From an uncultured virus (IMG/VR IMGVR_UViG_3300030104_006589) (taxonomy: Duplodnaviria > Heunggongvirae > Uroviricota > Caudoviricetes): a stretch of 20,000 nucleotides of DNA. A model generated the notes under the pieces. It was not told the origin of the DNA, made no database searches, and saw nothing but the letters and a program-made list of their open reading frames with translations. How positions within the stretch are numbered: the first letter of the stretch is position 1; each line of letters starts with the position of its first letter. This document shows, one piece after another, positions 8,806-15,558 of this stretch. The stretch is taken from positions 107,010 through 127,009 of the IMG/VR virus record IMGVR_UViG_3300030104_006589; one strand, 5' to 3'. The position numbers were made by a program, and so were the translations under genes.

Positions 8806-9120
8806 ATGACAGTTAAAAAACCAGCATTCATCTACTCCGTAATCGTTGAAGTTCTCAAGGCGGCTCGCACTGGTGAGCAGTCGGCTCATATAGAACTAGA
8901 AACAGTTGACAGCTACACAGCCGCCGTCATTCTCGATATGTGTAACTCCGCAACCGCTGACGCTAGCGATATCCACGACTTCCGTGGAGTCTGCGAGAAC
9001 ATACTGAAAACAGTCTTGCGCTTGCGTAGGGACACCCGCCCAGACATTCACCCGCTCTGCCGTGCCAATCTCATGAAAGAGGACTTGATGATCTCCACCG
9101 ACGACCTGACCGTGGCGTAA
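8806..9120 (+). CDS. Hypothetical protein, paralog of 7133..7360
   Basis: Shared VD..T...L......DI.DFRG.CE.I motif. Confidence 0.75.
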   Translation: MTVKKPAFIYSVIVEVLKAARTGEQSAHIELETVDSYTAAVILDMCNSATADASDIHDFRGVCENILKTVLRLRRDTRPDIHPLCRANLMKEDLMISTDDLTVA

Positions 9121-9146
9121 AAAAAAAGAAAAAAACCGCTTGACAG

Positions 9147-9226
9147 CGTAACTCCTTGACGCTTAAGGACTTACGCAGCGCGGGCCTCCCCGCGCCGCGT
9201 AACTCGTTGATACTCAACGACTTACG
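9147..9226. repeat. Double-palindrome element copy 3
   Basis: Palindromes 9147-9175 and 9198-9226, 22 bp spacer. Confidence 0.95.
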
Positions 9227-9293
9227 ATACTTACTACTCTATTTACCTATTTATATTCTGACCTGCGACCTGCAAAAAAAAACAAAAAAAGCC

Positions 9294-9321
9294 TTGCGTT
9301 TCCTCCAGCCTGTGGTATAGT
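9294..9321 (+). promoter_or_regulatory. sigma70 promoter (leaderless)
   Basis: TTGCGT-16-TATAGT with TGTG extension; near-duplicate of 10780-10807. Confidence 0.8.
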
Positions 9322-9327
9322 TACACC

Positions 9328-9480
9328 ATGACAATCGAAGAGCTAGCAAAGCAAGACCCCCGCGAAATGTTCACCCACGACCCCCGTGAGCTTCAGGAGT
9401 TGCTCGCGGAGGTTCACGATGAGTTGGGGGATCGCCACCCCAGTTTCTCCACCGACAACGACCAACCTACTACCGACTAA
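9328..9480 (+). CDS. 50-aa acidic protein with DPRE repeat, copy A (not in ORF track)
   Basis: MTIEELAKQDPREMFTHDPRELQELLAEVHDELGDRHPSFSTDNDQPTTD; 39/50 identical to 10814..10966. Confidence 0.85.
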   Translation: MTIEELAKQDPREMFTHDPRELQELLAEVHDELGDRHPSFSTDNDQPTTD

Positions 9481-9484
9481 AATC

Positions 9485-9724
9485 ATGAGCCAGAACAACA
9501 TCTATAAGATGACAGAAATCGAGCACCAGCAGAACCCGCCTTCGTGCGGGGGCAACTGGGAGTATGGGTCTGTGACCCGTGTGTGTATGTCGCGCTCGCC
9601 CAAGGTGGCGTTTGCGATGAGTGGCGACATCACCGTGCGCTATGAGGGCGTGGACGGTGTGCCTATCATGCGCGAGCGGGTGTTCACCAAGGGCGGAAAA
9701 GAGATCTGGCGCAAATACGACTAG
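9485..9724 (+). CDS. Hypothetical protein (79 aa)
   Basis: MSQNNIYKMTEIEH...; ATG 4 nt after previous stop. Confidence 0.7.
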   Translation: MSQNNIYKMTEIEHQQNPPSCGGNWEYGSVTRVCMSRSPKVAFAMSGDITVRYEGVDGVPIMRERVFTKGGKEIWRKYD

Positions 9725-9740
9725 GCCGCGTAATAACCCG

Positions 9741-9820
9741 CGTAACTCACTAAGCGTCAACGAGTTACGCAGCGCGGGCCAGCCCCTCCTCCGTAAGTCG
9801 TTGATACTCAACGACTTATA
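9741..9820. repeat. Double-palindrome element copy 4
   Basis: Palindromes 9741-9769 and 9792-9820, 22 bp spacer. Confidence 0.95.
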
Positions 9821-9890
9821 CTAGTTTACCTTTCTATTTGTCTATTTATATCCTGACCTACAGTCTAGAAAAAAAAAGAATAAAAAATGC

Positions 9891-9918
9891 TTGCAAGTTT
9901 CTAAATCTGTGGTATACT
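9891..9918 (+). promoter_or_regulatory. sigma70 promoter (leaderless)
   Basis: TTGCAA-16-TATACT with TGTG extension, ATG 6 nt downstream. Confidence 0.8.
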
Positions 9919-9924
9919 ACCCTT

Positions 9925-10140
9925 ATGATAAATCGAAAAGACCAAATCCACGCCACACTTTACAACGCCGCCATTGACGGTGCTTTCTCTCTCTCTGTCG
10001 AAGATGGAGAGATTGTTGCTACTGACCTCTTGTGGGCTAACGCCGCCGACAAACCACCTAAGTTTGTTATCCGCTTTGTAGGTAGTGACATCTCTGATGT
10101 AGATGTCGAGATTGATAACGGAGTTAGAATGGGAGCATAG
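9925..10140 (+). CDS. Hypothetical protein (71 aa)
   Basis: MINRKDQIHATLYNAAIDG...; leaderless start. Confidence 0.7.
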   Translation: MINRKDQIHATLYNAAIDGAFSLSVEDGEIVATDLLWANAADKPPKFVIRFVGSDISDVDVEIDNGVRMGA

Positions 10141-10142
10141 TT

Positions 10143-10448
10143 ATGAAAACAGACAATAAGCAAAAAGAAGAAGTTACTTTGGAGCGCAGGATCTGTGATC
10201 GCTGTAGAGATGTTGATGGATTAACCTTCGGTTACATCGGTAACTTTGAACGCTGGGGCGATGACCGAAAGCTTTTCATCTGGATTGATGAAGACGACAT
10301 GAGAGAGAGGAATGGTAATCACGCTAATCTCTGGGAGTGTGTTGCTCGCGATCTTGATGTGAAATCTGCCTGTCTTGCTTTTGCGGCAATCAAAGGTTTT
10401 CAAATGGGTAAAACTTATGCTGATATCAAAATCAACAAGAAGTTCTAA
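10143..10448 (+). CDS. Hypothetical protein (101 aa)
   Basis: ORF coupled to upstream gene; FGYIGNFERWGDDR motif. Confidence 0.75.
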   Translation: MKTDNKQKEEVTLERRICDRCRDVDGLTFGYIGNFERWGDDRKLFIWIDEDDMRERNGNHANLWECVARDLDVKSACLAFAAIKGFQMGKTYADIKINKKF

Positions 10449-10515
10449 TGATTGAAATAATAATAGCACCAATCTTTTCTTTTCTTTTCCCTATAATAAT
10501 AGCTATAATAATCTT

Positions 10516-10680
10516 ATGCATGAACCGATAACAGAACTACAAAGAGAACTAGGCGACCTTGAGAGAAACATCAGGTTTCTTCAACCAGATAAAATGAGGT
10601 GGACTCATAACCGCAAAGCACTAATTGATCAATTAGACTGGATAAAAGAACTAGCTCGCAGAATAAGGGACTCTAAGTAA
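10516..10680 (+). CDS. Hypothetical helical protein (54 aa)
   Basis: Own translation MHEPITELQRELGDLERNIRFLQPDK...; TATAAT 6 nt upstream; stop lies inside element 5. Confidence 0.6.
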   Translation: MHEPITELQRELGDLERNIRFLQPDKMRWTHNRKALIDQLDWIKELARRIRDSK

Positions 10681-10750
10681 CTGATACTTAACGACTTACA
10701 GGAGCGCCCCCGCCCCGCGCCCGTAACTCGTTGAGCGTCAACAACTTACG
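10672..10750. repeat. Double-palindrome element copy 5
   Basis: Palindromes 10672-10700 and 10722-10750, 21 bp spacer. Confidence 0.9.
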
Positions 10751-10779
10751 AAGAATCGTAAAAAAACATAAAAAAGCTC

Positions 10780-10807
10780 TTGCGATTTCTCCAGCCTGTG
10801 GTATAGT
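10780..10807 (+). promoter_or_regulatory. sigma70 promoter (leaderless)
   Basis: TTGCGA-16-TATAGT with TGTG extension, ATG 6 nt downstream. Confidence 0.8.
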
Positions 10808-10813
10808 TCCACT

Positions 10814-10966
10814 ATGACAATCGACGAGCTAGCAAAGCAAGATCCCCGCGAGATTTTCGACCACGACCCTCGCGAAATTCAAGAACTCCTCGCGGAAGTC
10901 CACGCGGATCTGGGCGACCGCGATCCACGTTTCTCCACCGACGAAGATCAACTCCCTACTGACTAA
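10814..10966 (+). CDS. 50-aa acidic protein with DPRE repeat, copy B (not in ORF track)
   Basis: MTIDELAKQDPREIFDHDPREIQELLAEVHADLGDRDPRFSTDEDQLPTD. Confidence 0.85.
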   Translation: MTIDELAKQDPREIFDHDPREIQELLAEVHADLGDRDPRFSTDEDQLPTD

Positions 10967-10971
10967 AAATT

Positions 10972-11187
10972 ATGGAATGGAAACCTACACCTACGCCAAA
11001 AGCTCCCGCTATCGAGGGCTTTCTCACTGCCATTAACGGCATTCACCGCTGCGATGCTATCGAGCGGAAGACTTGCGCCACTTGTGGCGCGAGTGTCACC
11101 CTCGACTCGTTCAAGGACGAGTTGAGCCTGAAGGAGTTCCACATTTCGGCCATGTGCCAGACTTGTCAGGACTCGGTTTTCGGGTAA
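10972..11187 (+). CDS. Small zinc-finger protein
   Basis: CATC...FKDELSLKEFHISAMCQTCQD, two CxxC pairs. Confidence 0.8.
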   Translation: MEWKPTPTPKAPAIEGFLTAINGIHRCDAIERKTCATCGASVTLDSFKDELSLKEFHISAMCQTCQDSVFG

Positions 11188-11191
11188 CCCG

Positions 11192-11270
11192 CATAACTTG
11201 CTAAGTCTTAAGGACTTACGCAAGCGCGGCGGGGGCGCAGCCGTAACTCGTTGAGAATCAACGAGTTATG
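11192..11270. repeat. Double-palindrome element copy 6
   Basis: Palindromes 11192-11220 and 11242-11270, 21 bp spacer. Confidence 0.95.
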
Positions 11271-11309
11271 AAGGAAGTGAAAAAAAATGAATTTTAATGC
11301 AGAAAGTGC

Positions 11310-11337
11310 TTGCTTATTTGTCGAAATGCTGTATAAT
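11310..11337 (+). promoter_or_regulatory. sigma70 promoter without adjacent ATG
   Basis: TTGCTT-16-TATAAT. Confidence 0.6.
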
Positions 11338-11420
11338 GTGGCTCGTAACAAGTTAACCAACCTACACACCAACCATGCCACTGAACTTCCTTAGAAAGAA
11401 AAAAAAGACAATAAATTCAC

Positions 11421-11448
11421 TTGCAATCCCTGTGAATTCGATTATAGT
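11421..11448 (+). promoter_or_regulatory. sigma70 promoter (leaderless)
   Basis: TTGCAA-16-TATAGT, ATG 7 nt downstream. Confidence 0.7.
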
Positions 11449-11455
11449 TAAGCCT

Positions 11456-11746
11456 ATGCAAATACAACGCCCAACACAAGACAGAGAGCTTCGGCTCTTC
11501 CCTCAAAACCCCGTCCATCTCGCATCTAACCTTACAGGTAAAACTGTTCGGTATGAGAACTTTCACAACAAGTCCTCCGTTGCTGATCCCAAGGTTCGCA
11601 CCTTCAAGATCAAATCCATCGAGGATGTTTGCAAGTCCGAGGCAAGCGGTAGCAGATATGTAACCGCAAAAGTCCAAGACGTTGATGACGGAGGGACTGA
11701 GAAATACAGAAATCTTATCCTTGACGGGATTGAGGTGATCGTGTAG
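11456..11746 (+). CDS. Hypothetical beta-rich protein (96 aa)
   Basis: MQIQRPTQDRELRLF...; alternative upstream start at 11375. Confidence 0.7.
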   Translation: MQIQRPTQDRELRLFPQNPVHLASNLTGKTVRYENFHNKSSVADPKVRTFKIKSIEDVCKSEASGSRYVTAKVQDVDDGGTEKYRNLILDGIEVIV

Positions 11747-11760
11747 GTTACCCCACAACA

Positions 11761-11820
11761 GGGGAGCGAGGGGAGGAAAGCCCCAACGGAGTGCTACCAC
11801 CCTCGTTCCCCAACTTTTTC
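11761..11820 (+). terminator. GC-rich stem-loop with large loop followed by T-run; terminator or small structured RNA
   Basis: GGGGAGCGAGGG (11761-11772) pairs with CCCTCGTTCCCC (11800-11811), then AACTTTTTC. Confidence 0.5.
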
Positions 11821-11821
11821 C

Positions 11822-11850
11822 TTTACAAATAATAAACAACATACTAAATT
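11822..11850 (+). promoter_or_regulatory. sigma70 promoter (leaderless)
   Basis: TTTACA-17-TAAATT, ATG 6 nt downstream. Confidence 0.6.
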
Positions 11851-11856
11851 AGCATC

Positions 11857-12078
11857 ATGTCTAAATCATCTGAATCACTTCGCATTGAAGTCAAAACACA
11901 GGAACAAGCTGCATTGCTTAACTATGCACTTGGAATCACCCATCAACACCTTTCAAGCCGTCTTGAGGAGGTCGAAGATGACAAGCTCGACACCTTCATG
12001 GATAACATTAAGTGGACACGCAAACACGCAAAGTCTCTTAATGACAAGTTTTCTCTTAGTGAGTTACAGAATTCCTAG
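11857..12078 (+). CDS. Hypothetical protein (73 aa)
   Basis: ORF after promoter, helical. Confidence 0.7.
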   Translation: MSKSSESLRIEVKTQEQAALLNYALGITHQHLSSRLEEVEDDKLDTFMDNIKWTRKHAKSLNDKFSLSELQNS

Positions 12079-12089
12079 CTTTCTAGAAA

Positions 12090-12470
12090 AGGTCGCGCAT
12101 TGGCGGGGGCAGAACCGCAAAGCGATACAGGATAACCTGAAGCCCTTCGACCTCCAACAAACAAAATTGTTGGTTAAAAAGCCAATCACTGCAATAGGGT
12201 GCAGCCTAAAATCCCCTAATAACAACAACCCCGTGAATTGTCTGTGACTAGCGGGGGGCTAAACACACAGACGCTCCCAGTGGTGGGCAATACCGCTAGG
12301 TGGTAACAGTGACCAGACCCTTAATTGACTGGCACTCGTCAACAAGCCGACTCTCTCCCGCCACGCTTTACTAGTCAGCCTCTGACGGGAGGGAGATACC
12401 ACTTTCTTTGCTGATGCGTAGTAGCCCCGCTCCCCTTTTTGTTTGCTTATTGTTTTAAGGGGGGCGGGGT
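12090..12470 (+). ncRNA. Candidate large structured ncRNA with multiple pseudoknots
   Basis: Dense series of stems and at least two H-type pseudoknots found by eye (see findings). Confidence 0.55.
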
Positions 12471-12479
12471 TTCGCTTTG

Positions 12480-12555
12480 GGGAGTGTAGCTCAATGGTCA
12501 GAGCACACGACTCATAATCGTTAGGTTGCGGGTTCGAATCCCGCCGCTCCCACCA
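12480..12555 (+). tRNA. tRNA with CAT anticodon (Ile2 or elongator Met; not initiator)
   Basis: Acceptor GGGAGTG/CGCTCCC-ACCA, anticodon arm ACGA-CTCATAA-TCGT, T arm GCGGG-TTCGAAT-CCCGC; lacks the initiator GGG/CCC anticodon stem and 1:72 mismatch. Confidence 0.95.
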
Positions 12556-12632
12556 CAACTCATTGATACTGAAGGACTTAGGGCTGCGCCCCCGCCGCGC
12601 AGCCGTAACTCGTTGAGAATCAACGAGTTATG
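12554..12632. repeat. Double-palindrome element copy 7 (abuts tRNA CCA)
   Basis: Palindromes 12554-12582 (degenerate) and 12604-12632, 21 bp spacer. Confidence 0.9.
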
Positions 12633-12703
12633 AAGGAAAATCATGCACACTTTCCTAGCCCTGTCAAGCAGAAAAAAAAATAAAAGAAAAAGCAAAAAAA
12701 GGG

Positions 12704-12731
12704 TTGCACAAAATGAAATCTGTGGTATAGT
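12704..12731 (+). promoter_or_regulatory. sigma70 promoter (leaderless)
   Basis: TTGCAC-16-TATAGT with TGTG extension, ATG 6 nt downstream. Confidence 0.8.
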
Positions 12732-12737
12732 TCTTGC

Positions 12738-13502
12738 ATGTTGATACTCGCTAAAAACAAAGTCGAGTCCGAGCAGTTGGCCGAGGTGCCGACTCCTTCC
12801 GCTACGGACACTCACACTCCAATTCCTCACGCGCTTCTCGCTGATCGCACTCGCAACGTCATTGCGACCGCTGGTCTTGAGATCACTCAAGAGGAACACG
12901 CGCTTGCGCGTAATGGCCTTCGCTACTTCGGAGGGTTCGCCCTGAAGGGACAAGGCATCGAGGGCGATGATCGCCAGTTGGTGCTTGGTCTTCGCAACGC
13001 ACACGATAAGTCCTTCGCGGCTTCCGTCTGCATCGGCAACCAAATGATGGTTTGCGAAAACCTTTGCTTCTCTTCGGATGTGAAGCTCGCTCGCCGTCAC
13101 ACGGTGAATATCCTTCGCGACCTTAACACGGTTCTTTCTTCCGCTGTTAGTCGCGTTGTGTCTCACTGGCACGACATGGGCAAGCGCATCGCCTCCTACA
13201 AGGAGACGGAGCTTTCCAAGGAACGTGCTTCCGATCTGGTCGTTGACCTTGCGGAGATGGGTGCGTTTCCCGCTCGCTCCGTTTACAAGGCGGTGCAAGA
13301 GTTCCGCAACCCTCGCCATGAGGAGTTCAAGGGCGGTTCGCTCTGGACGCTTTACAACGGGGTGACCGAACACCTCAAGGGTGGCGACCTTTCCAAGTTG
13401 CCACAGCGCACGATGACCACTCAGTCTATCTTCGACAAGATCGCGGGACACGCTCCTGAGATCGTCGAAGTTGAAGCCGAGGCGGTCGCGCTTCCCGCTT
13501 AA
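12738..13502 (+). CDS. DUF932 family protein
   Basis: PIPH, LGLRNAHDKS, VCENLCF, RRHT, SLWTLYNGVTE motifs typical of DUF932/DUF945-like phage and plasmid proteins. Confidence 0.8.
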   Translation: MLILAKNKVESEQLAEVPTPSATDTHTPIPHALLADRTRNVIATAGLEITQEEHALARNGLRYFGGFALKGQGIEGDDRQLVLGLRNAHDKSFAASVCIGNQMMVCENLCFSSDVKLARRHTVNILRDLNTVLSSAVSRVVSHWHDMGKRIASYKETELSKERASDLVVDLAEMGAFPARSVYKAVQEFRNPRHEEFKGGSLWTLYNGVTEHLKGGDLSKLPQRTMTTQSIFDKIAGHAPEIVEVEAEAVALPA

Positions 13503-13533
13503 CCCATAACTGGCCCTGCCGTTAACCTACCAA

Positions 13534-13563
13534 GCCCGTCCCCGAAAGGGGGCGGGTTTTTTT
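13534..13563 (+). terminator. Rho-independent terminator
   Basis: GCCCGTCCCC-GAAA-GGGGGCGGGT followed by T-run. Confidence 0.9.
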
Positions 13564-13590
13564 CTTGACATGGGTTTTAGTAAGAAGTGT

Positions 13591-13669
13591 TGTAAGTCGT
13601 TGATACTCAAGGACTTACGGGCGCGGGGCGGGGGCGCAGCTATAAGTCCTTAAGCGTCAAGGAGTTACG
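13591..13669. repeat. Double-palindrome element copy 8
   Basis: Palindromes 13591-13619 and 13641-13669, 21 bp spacer. Confidence 0.95.
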
Positions 13670-13699
13670 CATAATCGTCATTTTTTAATCATTTAAATG

Positions 13700-13727
13700 T
13701 TGACTGGCTCGGTATTTGTGATATATT
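13700..13727 (+). promoter_or_regulatory. sigma70 promoter (leaderless)
   Basis: TTGACT-16-TATATT with TGTG extension, ATG 6 nt downstream. Confidence 0.75.
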
Positions 13728-13733
13728 TGGCGC

Positions 13734-13988
13734 ATGGCTAACTCCTACAGCATCCAAAGAACTGATACAAATAGAATCCCCGCCCCGTTTGACTTTACGT
13801 TTGAGTGGGATAATGGAACAGAAAGAACATTTATAGTTGTTTCATTGCATGGCGCAAAGGCACTAGCCGAAACATTTAGAAACTTCGGTTACGAAGAGGA
13901 AGAAGGTAGTGTTAGGTTTGCTTCAGATGCGCGAACTTTGGAAAGGCTTTCACCGATTGCGAAGTTGGCGAAGGGGAATAAAAATTAA
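13734..13988 (+). CDS. Hypothetical protein (84 aa)
   Basis: ORF after promoter. Confidence 0.75.
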   Translation: MANSYSIQRTDTNRIPAPFDFTFEWDNGTERTFIVVSLHGAKALAETFRNFGYEEEEGSVRFASDARTLERLSPIAKLAKGNKN

Positions 13989-13994
13989 TTTTAA

Positions 13995-14022
13995 TTGACA
14001 ACACCCGCTTTTGTGGTATACT
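13995..14022 (+). promoter_or_regulatory. sigma70 promoter (leaderless)
   Basis: TTGACA-16-TATACT with TGTG extension, ATG 6 nt downstream. Confidence 0.85.
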
Positions 14023-14028
14023 ACGCAC

Positions 14029-14715
14029 ATGTCAAAGCTCCTTAACTCTGGAAACTATAAAACCCGCAAGGGCGAAAAATACGGTTGGAAGACCTATGGC
14101 TTGCACCTTGCACCATTTAACTTATCAGGAAAAAATGTTTGCTCTTCTGCTACTGTTGGTTGCTCTACTGCTTGTCTCAATACTGCTGGCCGTGGAATCA
14201 TGCATTCCGTTCAAGATGCCCGAATTAAAAAGACGAGAAGGTTTTTCGAAGATCGGGATGGATTCCTATCGCAGTTATACAAAGAAATCCAAAGCTCGGT
14301 TAAAAGCGCAACGCGAAAGGAATTAAAGAGTTGTTTCCGCTTGAATCTCACAAGCGATCTCCCGTGGGAGGGGTTGGTTGTAAAATACTTTCCAAGGCTA
14401 CAGTTTTACGACTATACCAAACACCTAAAAAGATTCGTTAGGTTTCTGGAGAGTAAGTTCCCGTCCAACTATCACCTCACATACTCCCGCAGTGAAGAGA
14501 CTCCTGATACGCTAGTAAAGAGTTTGTGTGCAAGTGGTGGCAATGTCGCCGTGGTTTTTCGCAATCACCTTCCCGAAAAATGGCTTGGACTTGAAGTGAT
14601 CGACGGGGATGATTCCGACTTGCGCTTTGAGGATGGCAAGGGTAAGATTGTTGGGTTACTTGAAAAAGGACTCGCTAAAAAAGACAAGACAGGATTTGTT
14701 GTTGAACCAGAATAA
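14029..14715 (+). CDS. GP88-like phage protein (Cys cluster)
   Basis: CSSATVGCSTACL three-Cys motif, FRLNLTSD, FYDYTK, NYHLTYS, DGDDSDLRF; start reassigned to ATG 14029. Confidence 0.75.
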   Translation: MSKLLNSGNYKTRKGEKYGWKTYGLHLAPFNLSGKNVCSSATVGCSTACLNTAGRGIMHSVQDARIKKTRRFFEDRDGFLSQLYKEIQSSVKSATRKELKSCFRLNLTSDLPWEGLVVKYFPRLQFYDYTKHLKRFVRFLESKFPSNYHLTYSRSEETPDTLVKSLCASGGNVAVVFRNHLPEKWLGLEVIDGDDSDLRFEDGKGKIVGLLEKGLAKKDKTGFVVEPE

Positions 14716-14719
14716 ACCA

Positions 14720-14878
14720 ATGAAAGAAGAACTCCAAGAAATACTAGACGACCACAGGTCACAGATAATTGATATGCTCAAGGAAGATGCACAAGAGGCT
14801 CTCGTTGTAGATGTCGAAGCGAACCTCGACCGCATGGTAACCGAAATAAACGAATTGTTAGGCTCTAGTTACGACTAG
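14720..14878 (+). CDS. Small acidic helical protein (52 aa)
   Basis: MKEELQEILDDHRSQIIDMLKEDAQE...; ATG 4 nt after previous stop. Confidence 0.65.
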   Translation: MKEELQEILDDHRSQIIDMLKEDAQEALVVDVEANLDRMVTEINELLGSSYD

Positions 14879-14881
14879 AGC

Positions 14882-14960
14882 CGTAACTCACTCAGGGTCA
14901 AGGACTTAGGGCTGCGGCCCCGCCGCGCAGCCGTAACTCGTTGAGGTTCAACGAGTTATG
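14882..14960. repeat. Double-palindrome element copy 9
   Basis: Palindromes 14882-14910 and 14932-14960, 21 bp spacer. Confidence 0.95.
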
Positions 14961-14996
14961 CATGAATAAAAAATGCATTTTTAATAATAAAAAAGG

Positions 14997-15024
14997 TTGC
15001 ATAAGTCTGAGCGTGTGTTATACT
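14997..15024 (+). promoter_or_regulatory. sigma70 promoter (leaderless)
   Basis: TTGCAT-16-TATACT with TG extension, ATG 6 nt downstream. Confidence 0.8.
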
Positions 15025-15030
15025 ACCCCT

Positions 15031-15177
15031 ATGGAAAAAATAACAGCAAACGATGTTTTACACTGGCATGGCTCAGACCATGACATTAAAGAATTAGCTC
15101 AAGTGATCGCACACATAGTGAATGGTGATTACGATATAGAGCTAGCCAAGCAGGAAATTGAAATGTTAAAAGATTAA
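15031..15177 (+). CDS. Hypothetical protein (48 aa)
   Basis: MEKITANDVLHWHG...; leaderless start. Confidence 0.7.
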   Translation: MEKITANDVLHWHGSDHDIKELAQVIAHIVNGDYDIELAKQEIEMLKD

Positions 15178-15182
15178 GTAAA

Positions 15183-15557
15183 ATGGGACTAGATCAATAC
15201 GCAAAAAAAGTAAAGAGAGAATTCAATCATGAGACTCTCACCGAGACAATCACAAAAACTGAAATCGCTTACTGGCGCAAACACAATGCGCTAGAAGGTT
15301 TGATGGCAGGGCTTTACCGAGAGAAGACAGGAGATGAAGGGGAGTTTAATTGTAAAACTCTTACTCTTGATTCTAACGACCTAGACAATCTTGAAAAGGT
15401 TGTAAAGGGTGGGGATCTTCCTGAGACAGTAGGTTTCTTTTTTGGTGATTGCACCAAGGACAACGAGGAATACAAAGAAATAGACCTTGAGTTTATAGCC
15501 AAGGCTAGGAAATGTCTTGCTAATGGGTTTGATGTAGAATATACTTCTTGGTGGTAA
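15183..15557 (+). CDS. Conserved phage hypothetical protein (MGLD...YWRK type)
   Basis: MGLDQY, EIAYWRKHNAL, GFFFG, terminal YTSWW pattern recurrent in phages. Confidence 0.8.
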   Translation: MGLDQYAKKVKREFNHETLTETITKTEIAYWRKHNALEGLMAGLYREKTGDEGEFNCKTLTLDSNDLDNLEKVVKGGDLPETVGFFFGDCTKDNEEYKEIDLEFIAKARKCLANGFDVEYTSWW

Positions 15558-15558
15558 G

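Noticed and set aside
7635..9824. ORFs 7635..7835 and 9621..9824 sharing LRSAGQP..RKSL
   Set aside because: The similarity is just translation of the DNA element; they overlap real genes in another frame.
12090..12470. tmRNA
   Set aside because: Pseudoknots are present, but there is no tRNA-like Ala acceptor/T-arm and no tag reading frame ending in ALAA-like residues between the pseudoknots.
11885..12558. ORFs 11885..12247 (+) and 12259..12558 (-)
   Set aside because: They overlap a better-supported gene, the structured region and the tRNA, and have no start signals.
12498..13451. 317-aa minus-strand ORF
   Set aside because: Antisense shadow of the DUF932 gene; it runs through element 7 and the tRNA.
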